From: a bacterium
Lineage (GTDB): Bacteria > Patescibacteriota > Andersenbacteria > UBA10190 > CAIZMI01
DNA length: 64,000 bases
Direction: 5' to 3'
NCBI GenBank assembly: GCA_030647555.1
Contig: JAUSJG010000004.1
Coordinates: 36,661-100,660, forward strand
Within the stretch, counting starts at the first letter, position 1, and each line of letters opens with the position of its first letter. Positions 52,510 through 61,686 of this stretch are shown one piece after another. The notes under the pieces are model-generated. The model saw only the letters and a list, made by a program, of their open reading frames with translations. It did not search any database and had not been told where the DNA came from. The position numbers and the translations under genes are program-made.

Positions 52510-52657
52510 GGCAAATTCCTTATTCTTGTTCAAGATGAAAAACGAACTAAACTGTGGGTTTAAACCCAACCAGGCACAGTAGTCCCGAAATATCGGTTTG
52601 TCAAGCACAGACTAAAAAAAGACCCGCCTTATTGGGGCGGGGGCTGACAGAGCGTCT

Positions 52658-52912
52658 TTACTTTGGTTGCGTAGCGCGAGTTTCTGAAAGCACGCAGGAG
52701 GCTAGAATGAAAACGATCATGCTGGGCACAAGAACACCGAACGCCCCAAAACCGAACCAAGCAACAAATAGATCTGTGTGAATGAACTTCAGGCCAGTGC
52801 TCCAAAAGGTTGACATGGCAGCATCAACAACGAAACAACAGCCTTGAACAGCAAAGACCAATGCTTCAATCAGAAAAACGACTCCGCTCAATGCACGGAC
52901 AAATCGTAACAT
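52658..52912 (-). CDS. 84-aa hydrophobic membrane protein (cassette B)
   Basis: MLRFVRALSG...; promoter and leader duplicated with cassette A. Confidence 0.6.
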   Translation of the reverse strand: MLRFVRALSGVVFLIEALVFAVQGCCFVVDAAMSTFWSTGLKFIHTDLFVAWFGFGAFGVLVPSMIVFILASCVLSETRATQPK

Positions 52913-53265
52913 GGCAATTCCCCTTAGTCTGAAGTGAAAAACGAACCAGAGTGTGGGTTTAAACCCAACTTGGCAGGTTATTCTCGAAATATCGATTTGT
53001 CAAGCATCACTACTTTTTTGTGGTGCCCTAAAACACATCTCACAACAAATGTATGTGTTGTTATAACCCCACGTCGCCTCGCCCTGCGGGGCGGGCTATG
53101 CGGGGCACCACTTCGCTTTTTATAATAAAGAAGATTGAGTTTGTTATTATCAAACATGCCTGCACCGCGAAGCTCTTCATGTAAGTGAAGAGCGAAGTGG
53201 TGGACAAGATTTACATTAAATGTTAAATAGGAGGCAATCAGTTTTCGTCCTTCATCTATATTGCA

Positions 53266-53907
53266 ATGCAAAAACAACTATTAACGATCGCGATTGTCGG
53301 AATAATCATTATTGGCGCTGTAACGGCCGGTGGTTATTACCTGGGAAAAGTGATCCAAAAGCCAAAAACAACCCCATCACCTTCTGAAAGTCCTCTTATC
53401 ACAGAGCCAACGGCAACTCCGACACCAACTCCCGCTACCGTTTCGAGTACCCCAGTCTTGTTACCGACTGCCCCACCACGCACAAGCACATCAACCAAAC
53501 AACAAGTTAAGGGTGTTACGGTAACCCAAAATTCAACACCAATCACCGCTAAAACAGGGCCGGACACAACGGTTTCGAAACAAACCTCAATCCGTTTTGT
53601 TGGTGTTCCAGCACAGGCCAGCGCGAATCAACCCTTTGTGGTTAGTTGGTATATTGATGGTCCGGAAGGGCTGATGGGTACAAGCACGCGTCTCGAAACA
53701 TCACTAAATAGTAGTTCATCCACCGGCTCCTCCAGTTCTTCCGTTTCCGGTTCACAGTCATCCTCTTTTGGTGCTTTTCAAATCCCGCAAAAATTCCAAT
53801 CCGAGGTCACGTTTGGTGGCAATTCGGGACCGGTAGTGCTAAAAGTAACCGCCGAGGTAGGTGGAATTACATATACAGCACGGCAGACAGTACAATTGAC
53901 TGATTAA
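53266..53907 (+). CDS. membrane-anchored Ser/Thr/Pro-rich surface protein
   Basis: N-terminal TM, PTATPTPTP linker, C-terminal beta-rich domain. Confidence 0.75.
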   Translation: MQKQLLTIAIVGIIIIGAVTAGGYYLGKVIQKPKTTPSPSESPLITEPTATPTPTPATVSSTPVLLPTAPPRTSTSTKQQVKGVTVTQNSTPITAKTGPDTTVSKQTSIRFVGVPAQASANQPFVVSWYIDGPEGLMGTSTRLETSLNSSSSTGSSSSSVSGSQSSSFGAFQIPQKFQSEVTFGGNSGPVVLKVTAEVGGITYTARQTVQLTD

Positions 53908-54098
53908 CACTAGTTAGTGATTGGGACTTGGACATTTTTCGGTATTCTGGTTTAGTGATTGGCTATTGACCTTTTAAATTCCAAAACCCAAACCCCAATG
54001 ACCAACAAAATCCAAAAAATACAAAATCCTAAGCACGATCGTTTTAGGATTTAGGACTTCGAAATTTTGTTGGGATTTGAGATTTGGTAATTGGGGTT

Positions 54099-55193
54099 TT
54101 ATCCTGCCGGATTAAATACCGCATATACCGTGTTCGCGTCTTTTGGATCTGTTAACAGAAATCTAATCGCATTAGTTAACGGAAACTGATAAACCTTCCA
54201 CTTGATTCCGTCGTCTTTTGATGTGTATAGGACAAAATTCGCGCCCGCGTAGATAGTTTTCCCCACCCCCGCCGCGATGGCGTTAATGGAAACGGACTGT
54301 TTTTCACTGACCGGCAACGGCACAACCGACCAGGTTTTACCATCATCAGTCGAATTAAATATCCCATGTTCAGTACCGGCTAGAATATTCTTGGTTTTAT
54401 TTCCGTCGGAGACAAACTGGATTGCCAGTAGCGACTTTGCTTCGGTGTCGCCTTTTTTAATATTGACAACTTCGAAGTTTTCCCCACCATCGCTGGAACT
54501 GGCTACTTGTCCGCTAACCAGCAAAACATACCACTGCCCCGAGGCAGGTGCGACGCGCACGCCGGCAATTCCAGATGCAAACGAATGGGCGTTACTCCAG
54601 GTCGCCCCACCATCGCTTGTTATTAGCAAAGCGCCGGAACTAGAACCGACTAGCAGAATCTCCGGTCGCGTGGGATCAACTTCCATGGCTGTGATAATCC
54701 CGGGAGCGATCTTTTTACTGAATATACCGCCTGTTTGTACAACAGGATCAACATAAATTTCTGTCCAATTTTTCCCATCGTCAAAAGATTTCCAAATCTT
54801 ATACCGTTTCGGATCCGTCACGGAATTGCCGAAAACAAATAAAATATTTGAATTACGCGGATGCACCGCGACTCCTAGAACAAATTGCGCGGGTGTTTTT
54901 ACTTGTGCCCACTCCGCAGTTGTATTATCAAAATGTAATAAACCGCTAGGCCCGGCCGCCATGTAAAGTTTTGCCGTATCGTATGGATCAAAAACAACCT
55001 TATAAGGAGCGACCTTTGTAATATCCAATCCGCCGGTATATTTCGACATTTGGGTCCAATTTTGACCGCCATCTTTAGATACATAAACGCCACCGGGCGG
55101 AATTACTGTTGTTTTAGTAGTTCCACCGCACCCGGCGCCAAATAAAGCAATAGTTCCCAATATGGCGACTAGTTTTATTATATTTGTGTTCAT
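54099..55193 (-). CDS. lipoprotein with BNR/Asp-box repeats (YCF48-like propeller)
   Basis: lipobox FGAGC; repeated SxDGGxxW boxes (SKDGGQNW, SFDDGKNW, SDGGATW, STDDGKTW). Confidence 0.85.
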   Translation of the reverse strand: MNTNIIKLVAILGTIALFGAGCGGTTKTTVIPPGGVYVSKDGGQNWTQMSKYTGGLDITKVAPYKVVFDPYDTAKLYMAAGPSGLLHFDNTTAEWAQVKTPAQFVLGVAVHPRNSNILFVFGNSVTDPKRYKIWKSFDDGKNWTEIYVDPVVQTGGIFSKKIAPGIITAMEVDPTRPEILLVGSSSGALLITSDGGATWSNAHSFASGIAGVRVAPASGQWYVLLVSGQVASSSDGGENFEVVNIKKGDTEAKSLLAIQFVSDGNKTKNILAGTEHGIFNSTDDGKTWSVVPLPVSEKQSVSINAIAAGVGKTIYAGANFVLYTSKDDGIKWKVYQFPLTNAIRFLLTDPKDANTVYAVFNPAG

Positions 55194-55229
55194 ATGCATA
55201 TTTTAGCACTTATGGATAAATAGACAAAA

Positions 55230-55386
55230 TAATTTGAAATTTGAAATTTTTAATTTGAAATCAATTTTTAATATCTAAATTTGAAATACGAACGCGTTTT
55301 TCAAATTAATTTATTACGATATTTTTTATCGGCCATAGCTTTAGCGACGGCTGACAAATTGATTAAAAATTTCAAATTTCAAATTA
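55230..55386. repeat. 7-nt-periodic inverted repeat (TTTGAAA unit) with embedded REP
   Basis: 25-bp perfect terminal inverted repeat at 55230-55254 / 55362-55386. Confidence 0.8.
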
Positions 55387-55469
55387 TGTAAGGTGTTAAA
55401 TGATATGCCTGTTGTTTGGGAAAATTGTTCAATATTCAACAAATAAGAATTATTTGCTATACTGTCCTC

Positions 55470-56375
55470 GTGCTAAGACAAATAAAAACAAAAGAGCTAA
55501 CTTGGATAGACATTATCGATCTTACAAAAGAAGATTTGGATTTTCTGGAACGAGAGTTCCAATTTCATTCTTCGGATATTCAAGAACTCACCCACCGTTC
55601 AACGCGACCGAAGTTGGAAGAATATCAGGGGTATATGTTTGCAATCGTTCACTCCCCCGTCTTTGATGCCAAATCACGCAGTACGACCCCTGCGGAAGTG
55701 GATATTTTTATTACCGACGGCCACATTATTACCGTTCATATGGGACGCGTGCATTTGTTGGACCAATTTTTTAGACAGATAAACGAGAGCGAAAAATTAC
55801 AAGAGCGCTATGTCGGTAGAAGCGCCGCCTATTTGCTTTACAGTATTATGGGCGTGCTAATTGATTCGTCATTTCCGAAAATTGATCATATTTACGAAAA
55901 AATTGAGCTTGCCGAACACAAAATTTTCAACGGCGAAGAGCGCGCAATGGTGTACGAGTTGAGCTCCTTAAGCCGCGATTTGTCCGGTTTCCGCCAAATT
56001 ATTCGTCCGCAAATTCATCTCTATAATCCCGAAATGTTGCATGGCGATTTCGCGACGCCCGCCTACAAGGCAATTTTTAAAAGCATCCAGTCTCGTTTAC
56101 AACGAGTTTGGGATGCTTTAGACAATCAATACGAAAAAATTACCTCCTTATCCGATACTAATGCCAATCTTTTATCGCACAAACTAAACGAATTTATTAA
56201 AGTACTAACACTAATCAGCGCGCTTTATATTCCATTGGCAGTAATTGGTCAGGTTCTGCCGTCTATTTCCGACGCGCCACAAGTTAATTTTGTAATTTTT
56301 TGGTTATTAATCGGCTTGATGTTGGTAATCGACTTTGTTATTCTTTGGTATTACCGCGCCCGCAAAATGATCTGA
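55470..56375 (+). CDS. corA: CorA-family Mg2+ transporter
   Basis: LTWIDI, RPKLEEY, KVLTLIS, two C-terminal TM segments; canonical GMN motif not seen; GTG start inferred. Confidence 0.8.
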   Translation: MLRQIKTKELTWIDIIDLTKEDLDFLEREFQFHSSDIQELTHRSTRPKLEEYQGYMFAIVHSPVFDAKSRSTTPAEVDIFITDGHIITVHMGRVHLLDQFFRQINESEKLQERYVGRSAAYLLYSIMGVLIDSSFPKIDHIYEKIELAEHKIFNGEERAMVYELSSLSRDLSGFRQIIRPQIHLYNPEMLHGDFATPAYKAIFKSIQSRLQRVWDALDNQYEKITSLSDTNANLLSHKLNEFIKVLTLISALYIPLAVIGQVLPSISDAPQVNFVIFWLLIGLMLVIDFVILWYYRARKMI

Positions 56376-56950
56376 TGAAAGTAATATCGTCGATTATTAA
56401 TCTGATTCCGCGTAGGATTTCACCTAATCACATCACGGGATTCAGGTTTTTTTTAATCGCGCCGATTGTCTACTGTATTTGGCAACAATTGTGGCTTTAT
56501 TTTGTGATTTTGTATTTTTTAGCATTATTTTCGGACTACCTGGATGGCATTTTGGCGCGAGAACGCGGATTGGTTACCAAGTTCGGCTCAGCGCTTGATC
56601 CGGTCGCTGATAAATTACTGCATATTGTTGTATTGGGCTTTCTTGTTCCCTTCGCGCCCGTACTGATTGGTGCGATTATTTTGCTTGATATTATTGTTTT
56701 GTTTGGCGGGTGGATGGTAATTCACAACTTTAATAAAAAGAATAAAATTCTTCACATCAAGGGTGCGAATATTTTCGGAAAAGTTAAAGTAATTTTACAG
56801 GGGCTGGTAATTATTCTGCTATATTGTTACCAAATTTTTCCACAAACGTTATTTACTTGGCCGGTAGCGATAATTTTAATTATATTTACCTTAATTTTCT
56901 CCGCGTTATCGATTTTGGATTACGCATTCGCGTTAATGCGCGCAAAATAA
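56375..56950 (+). CDS. CDP-alcohol phosphatidyltransferase (PgsA-like)
   Basis: PNHIT..R, DYLDGILAR....T.FG..LDPVADK. Confidence 0.9.
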   Translation: MKVISSIINLIPRRISPNHITGFRFFLIAPIVYCIWQQLWLYFVILYFLALFSDYLDGILARERGLVTKFGSALDPVADKLLHIVVLGFLVPFAPVLIGAIILLDIIVLFGGWMVIHNFNKKNKILHIKGANIFGKVKVILQGLVIILLYCYQIFPQTLFTWPVAIILIIFTLIFSALSILDYAFALMRAK

Positions 56951-56971
56951 AATTTATTAGCATAAAACTGC

Positions 56972-57000
56972 TTGACAGTGTTAGAGATTGCTCGTATAAA
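56972..57000 (+). promoter_or_regulatory. near-consensus sigma70 promoter
   Basis: TTGACA-N17-TATAAA. Confidence 0.7.
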
Positions 57001-57095
57001 TTAATTAGACGCGAAATTTAAAATAATTTTCGCAGGTAAAACAAAAAAGAGTTTAATATAATACAAACAAGGAAATTGAAAGGAGGTGGTCGCAA

Positions 57096-57158
57096 GTGGC
57101 AAAAAAGAAAGCAGCAAAAAAGACAGCGAAGAAGAAAGCAACAAAGAAGCGCAAATAA
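57096..57158 (+). CDS. 20-aa Lys/Ala-rich basic peptide (not in ORF track)
   Basis: AAGGAGGTG Shine-Dalgarno, GTG start, MAKKKAAKKTAKKKATKKRK*. Confidence 0.7.
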   Translation: MAKKKAAKKTAKKKATKKRK

Positions 57159-57335
57159 CATTGCTAACGCATTTTGTGCGTTTCATGTATTTGTATAAGC
57201 CTCCTTTTTTCCTACCCCACTTAAGCATCCCTTGAGGATGAGAGAACTAGCCCTTGAGGAAGTCTCGTCTAGGTGGAGAACGAAGAAGGAGGTTTTTGTA
57301 TTTACCTGCTCGTTCTACTACGTTACACTCATAAT

Positions 57336-58790
57336 ATGAAGGTACACATCTGGAACACGCTTGAAAAGACCTTAACGGAGGTTGTACCGGTTAATCCGGA
57401 TGGCGTCGTTAGAATTTATAATTGCGGACCAACGGTCTATAGTACCCCGCACATAGGCAATATCCGTCGTTTTATTGTTGCAGACTTGCTGGTAAAGGCA
57501 TTAAAACATCTTGGATACTCGGTTCGTAGTGTTATGAATATCACTGACGTCGGCCACCTTATGGATTCCGATCACGCGGAAGCCGGTGCCGACAAAATGC
57601 TGATTGCATCGGAAAGAGAAAAACTGACGCCGGAAATAATCGCCGCCAAATACACGCAGGAATTTTTCGCGATATTGATTCAGATGCGAGCGGAGCCGGC
57701 CGATTTTTACCCGCGCGCCACAATGCATGTCTCCGCCATGATTAAAGTTATCGAAAACTTAATAACAAACGGTTTTGCGTATGAGACTAATTCCGGAATA
57801 TATTTTGACGTCACAAAATTTAGTAGTTACGGAAAACTTTCCGGTAATACCACGGCGGAAGTGGAACCGGGCGCGCGCGTTGGCGTAAGAGAAGAAAAAC
57901 GTCACGCGTTTGATTTTGTTCTTTGGGTAAAAGCAGAAAAGGAACATATTATGCAATGGGACAGCCCATGGGGGCGCGGTTACCCGGGCTGGCATATCGA
58001 GTGTTCCGCGATGGCGCAACAGCTTTTGGGTGAAGCAATTGATATTCATACCGGTGGAATCGATAATATGTTTCCGCATCATGAAAACGAGATTGCGCAA
58101 AGTGAGGGTGCCTCCGGCAAACAATTCGTCAAAACATGGTTGCATAATGAGCTCCTCTTGGTTGATGGAAAGAAAATGGCAAAAAGTACCGGTGGTTATA
58201 TTACACTCAACGAAATTATTAAACGTGGCTATAATCCCCTCGCACTCAAGTTTCTATTTTTACAAACTCATTACCGTTCGAAATTGAATTTTGGTTGGTC
58301 GGCGCTTGATTCGGCCGTGGACGGGTTAAAAAGCCTTCAGGGTTTTGTGGATAAATTAATTGTCACCGGTAATCAAGACGATTTAGAAACATCTGTAAAA
58401 CCGGCGTCTCAAATTGATCTCAATGATTATTCCGAAAAGTTTTCAAGCGCGTTAGCGGACGACCTTGGCACACCGCAAGCAATTGCGATTATCTTTGAAA
58501 TTATTCGTAAAATTAATCCCCTGTTGGAAAATAATAGTTTATCAAAACAAGACGCCGTTAAAATATTGGAACTTTTCCGGTCATTTGACGCGGTTTTGGG
58601 TATAATATCGTTTGTTGGAAAAGAAAAAACAGCGGTTCCGTCGGAAGTTACGGAATTGATAAGCAAGCGCGAAAAAGCGCGCCAAGATAAAAACTATTCC
58701 CTCTCTGATGAATTACGGAAACAAATTATCGCTAATGGTTTTGACGTAAAAGATACCGCCATTGGCCAACAACTGACGTCGATTAAGTAA
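57336..58790 (+). CDS. cysS: cysteine--tRNA ligase
   Basis: YNCGPTVY..PHIGN, PGWHIECSAM, FPHHENE, KMAKS. Confidence 0.98.
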   Translation: MKVHIWNTLEKTLTEVVPVNPDGVVRIYNCGPTVYSTPHIGNIRRFIVADLLVKALKHLGYSVRSVMNITDVGHLMDSDHAEAGADKMLIASEREKLTPEIIAAKYTQEFFAILIQMRAEPADFYPRATMHVSAMIKVIENLITNGFAYETNSGIYFDVTKFSSYGKLSGNTTAEVEPGARVGVREEKRHAFDFVLWVKAEKEHIMQWDSPWGRGYPGWHIECSAMAQQLLGEAIDIHTGGIDNMFPHHENEIAQSEGASGKQFVKTWLHNELLLVDGKKMAKSTGGYITLNEIIKRGYNPLALKFLFLQTHYRSKLNFGWSALDSAVDGLKSLQGFVDKLIVTGNQDDLETSVKPASQIDLNDYSEKFSSALADDLGTPQAIAIIFEIIRKINPLLENNSLSKQDAVKILELFRSFDAVLGIISFVGKEKTAVPSEVTELISKREKARQDKNYSLSDELRKQIIANGFDVKDTAIGQQLTSIK

Positions 58791-58816
58791 TGTGATATTG
58801 TGCAATAACCTAAACT

Positions 58817-58959
58817 CATGCCCAGTAATACAACCCGCCATTCATTAATCCGTCTAAGCGATGCATATTCGAAATACTGGATTTTATCATTAATAATCAA
58901 CTCCGTGATTAATAAGCGATCGAAATCGCTTATTGTGGCGGGTTGATATACTGGGCATG
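58817..58959 (+). promoter_or_regulatory. structured leader pairing over the dnaB start codon
   Basis: CATGCCCAGTA/TACTGGGCATG and CAACCCGCCA/TGGCGGGTTG perfect stems enclosing further hairpins. Confidence 0.55.
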
Positions 58960-60378
58960 GCCGATAAGCACAAAAAACAACCAACAAGAAACCCTTTTCG
59001 CTCGGGTGATCGTATTCCTCCTCATAACCTAGAGGCGGAAGTTTCCGTACTGGGCAGTTTACTGCTCAATAAAGACGCAATCATTAAAGTCGCGGATTTT
59101 CTTAGAGCACCGGACTTCTATTCACCGATGCACGCCTTAATTTATGGGGCAATTATTGATTTATACGAACGTCGCGATCCGATTGATATTATCAGCTTAT
59201 CAAACATCTTACGCGATCAAGGAAATCTTGCCGGAGCGGGTGGCGAATCTACCATTGCTTCCTTGGCCGCCGCCGTGCCAACGGCCGGTCACGTTGAGCA
59301 TTATGCGAAGATTGTTCAAAAGAAAGCCACCCTGCGTCGTTTAATCAGTGCCGCGGCCAATATCAGCGAGCTTGGTTTTAATGAGGAGGAAGAAGTAAAT
59401 AAAGTTTTGGATGAAGCCGAGCAGAGTCTGTTTTCCGTCTCCCAACAACACTTGAGACAATCTTTCGTACCGATGAAAACGGTTTTAACAGAGGCTTTTC
59501 ATCGCATCGATAGTCTGCACAAGGGCGACGGCAGTTTGCGCGGTCTTCCAACTGGTTTTGCGCCACTCGATAATCTTCTTTCCGGTCTGCAACGGTCCGA
59601 CTTGGTCATTCTAGCGGCTCGCCCCAGTGTTGGAAAAACATCCCTCGCGCTGGATTTTGCGCGCCACATCGCGGTGCGTGAAAAAGCGGCGGTTGGCGTG
59701 TTCAGCATTGAAATGTCCAAGGAACAGTTGGCAGATCGCTTAATATGCGCGGAAGCGGGAGTAGACCTCTGGAAAATGCGGACCGGACATCTTTCCAACG
59801 AAGGTTTTCCCGATGACGATTTTTCACGGATTAATCGCTCGATGGCGGTATTATCCGAGGCCCCTATTTATATCGATGATTCGGCAAGCAGTAATATTAT
59901 GGAAATTCGCACTTTGGCACGACGCTTGCAGGCAGAACACGGCATTGGTTTTCTGGTAATCGATTATTTGCAATTATTGGAAGGAGATTCCAAGGAAGGT
60001 CGCGTGCAAGAAGTTTCCCAGATTTCTCGTGCGTTAAAAAGTTTGGCGCGTGAATTAAATATTCCCATTCTTGCGTTATCGCAGTTGTCGCGTGCCGTTG
60101 AAGCACGCCTACCGCCCGTACCAAAACTGTCCGACTTGCGTGAAAGCGGATCCATTGAACAAGATGCCGACGTGGTGCTTTTTCTGTATCCCCGCGGTCG
60201 TCACGAAAAAACGGCGGAAAGCCCCAATATCGTCGATGTTATTATCGCTAAACATCGTAACGGACCGACCGGCGTGATCTCCCTCTACTTCAAAGAAGAG
60301 TGCGCCAGTTTCGCGGCAATTGATACACAACATTATCAGCAGGAAGAAGTCGGACATAAGGCACGAGCGAGAGCGTAA
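58957..60378 (+). CDS. dnaB: replicative DNA helicase
   Basis: PPHNLEAE, AARPSVGKT, IDYLQL, LSQLSR, LRESGSIEQDAD, KHRNGPTG. Confidence 0.98.
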   Translation: MADKHKKQPTRNPFRSGDRIPPHNLEAEVSVLGSLLLNKDAIIKVADFLRAPDFYSPMHALIYGAIIDLYERRDPIDIISLSNILRDQGNLAGAGGESTIASLAAAVPTAGHVEHYAKIVQKKATLRRLISAAANISELGFNEEEEVNKVLDEAEQSLFSVSQQHLRQSFVPMKTVLTEAFHRIDSLHKGDGSLRGLPTGFAPLDNLLSGLQRSDLVILAARPSVGKTSLALDFARHIAVREKAAVGVFSIEMSKEQLADRLICAEAGVDLWKMRTGHLSNEGFPDDDFSRINRSMAVLSEAPIYIDDSASSNIMEIRTLARRLQAEHGIGFLVIDYLQLLEGDSKEGRVQEVSQISRALKSLARELNIPILALSQLSRAVEARLPPVPKLSDLRESGSIEQDADVVLFLYPRGRHEKTAESPNIVDVIIAKHRNGPTGVISLYFKEECASFAAIDTQHYQQEEVGHKARARA

Positions 60379-60380
60379 CC

Positions 60381-60507
60381 AAAATTTTCAATTATCAATT
60401 CCCAATTATCAATGAATTATCAATTATATAATTATCAAAAGTCCGACGTATTTGAAAATTGGAATTTGATAATTAATTGATAATTGACCATTGAAAATTG
60501 ATAATTA
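60381..60507. repeat. 7-nt-periodic inverted repeat (CAATTAT unit)
   Basis: CAATTATCAATTCCCAATTATCAATG ... ATTGATAATTGACCATTGAAAATTGATAATT. Confidence 0.75.
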
Positions 60508-60516
60508 TTTATTGGC

Positions 60517-61134
60517 ATGTCCATCGCTTTACTCCCCGAAGCATTAAGAAGAGTTTTAGAAGATCTTGAGCGCTTCCCCGGCATCGGCCCAAAAAGCGCA
60601 CAAAGAATCGCCTTTAACTTATTAACCGAATCACCGGCTTTTTTGACAAAACTTCAAAACGATATTGGTGGACTTTTGGGAGGTATTTCAAAGTGTCAGG
60701 TATGTGGAATGCTAACCGATGGCAATAAATGTAAAATTTGTCTCGACTCCATGCGCGACAAATCGGTTTTTTGCGTTGTCGAGAGTTCGTTAGATATTAT
60801 CGCCATTGAAAGAATTGGCGAATACCGAGGCGTATATCATGTCCTTGGCGGATTACTTTCTCCATTGGATCACGTTGGGCCCGAAGACATTGGCATCAGC
60901 GTTTTGATTGATCGAATCGACGCAGAAAAACCGCGTGAAATTATTCTTGCTCTAAACCCATCAACCGAAGGAGAAACAACGGCACTCTACATCAAAAAAA
61001 TAGTTATCCAGGGTAACCCCGATGTGGTTATCACAAGATTGGCGCAAGGACTACCAACAGGAGCCGCATTGGAATATGCCGACGATCTAACAATCAGTCA
61101 CGCGTTTTCGGGAAGAAGAACGCTGACGCGATGA
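60517..61134 (+). CDS. recR: recombination mediator RecR
   Basis: FPGIGPKSAQR, C4 zinc finger, YHVLGG, NPSTEGETTA. Confidence 0.97.
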   Translation: MSIALLPEALRRVLEDLERFPGIGPKSAQRIAFNLLTESPAFLTKLQNDIGGLLGGISKCQVCGMLTDGNKCKICLDSMRDKSVFCVVESSLDIIAIERIGEYRGVYHVLGGLLSPLDHVGPEDIGISVLIDRIDAEKPREIILALNPSTEGETTALYIKKIVIQGNPDVVITRLAQGLPTGAALEYADDLTISHAFSGRRTLTR

Positions 61135-61214
61135 ATAATGATTTATGATTGACGACACATGAATGACGAAGCGCCGAACGCGTCTCATTATTCATACATC
61201 ATAAATCATTATTC

Positions 61215-61248
61215 AAAAATCAGTCCCGACATGGAACTGATTTTTTTT
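61215..61248. terminator. bidirectional terminator between recR and rplU
   Basis: AAAAATCAGT...ACTGATTTTTTT. Confidence 0.7.
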
Positions 61249-61570
61249 ACGCTAGTTTAATATCTCTGATCAATAATTCCGTAAACGTCTGTCTGTGTCC
61301 AAACGCCACCTTTTCACGTTTTTTTGGCTTGAATTTGATGCCTGTAACTTTTTTAGCTCGACCCTGTTTTAACACTTCGGCTGTCACAACCGCTCCCGCC
61401 ACCACTGGTTTGCCAATTTCCGCCGTTTCATCATCACCAACCAACAGTACATCCGTGATTTCTACGGTTTCGCCGAGGATCTTCTCTAGTTTCTCAATTT
61501 TAACAGTTTCGTTGATTTTAACGAGACACTGCTTCCCTCCCGTCGCAATAATAGCGTAGTTTGGTTTCAT
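61247..61570 (-). CDS. rplU: 50S ribosomal protein L21
   Basis: YAIIATGGKQ, GHRQTFT. Confidence 0.96.
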   Translation of the reverse strand: MKPNYAIIATGGKQCLVKINETVKIEKLEKILGETVEITDVLLVGDDETAEIGKPVVAGAVVTAEVLKQGRAKKVTGIKFKPKKREKVAFGHRQTFTELLIRDIKLA

Positions 61571-61686
61571 GTGAGCAAGCTTAGCAGGGTTCTATTCAAC
61601 GGTCAAGAAAGTCGTCGCGCTCACTCCCGAAGTGGTGCCGAGGTACTTCTTCGGGAGTGGTGTTGGTTAGCGTCGTCACGCTAATC

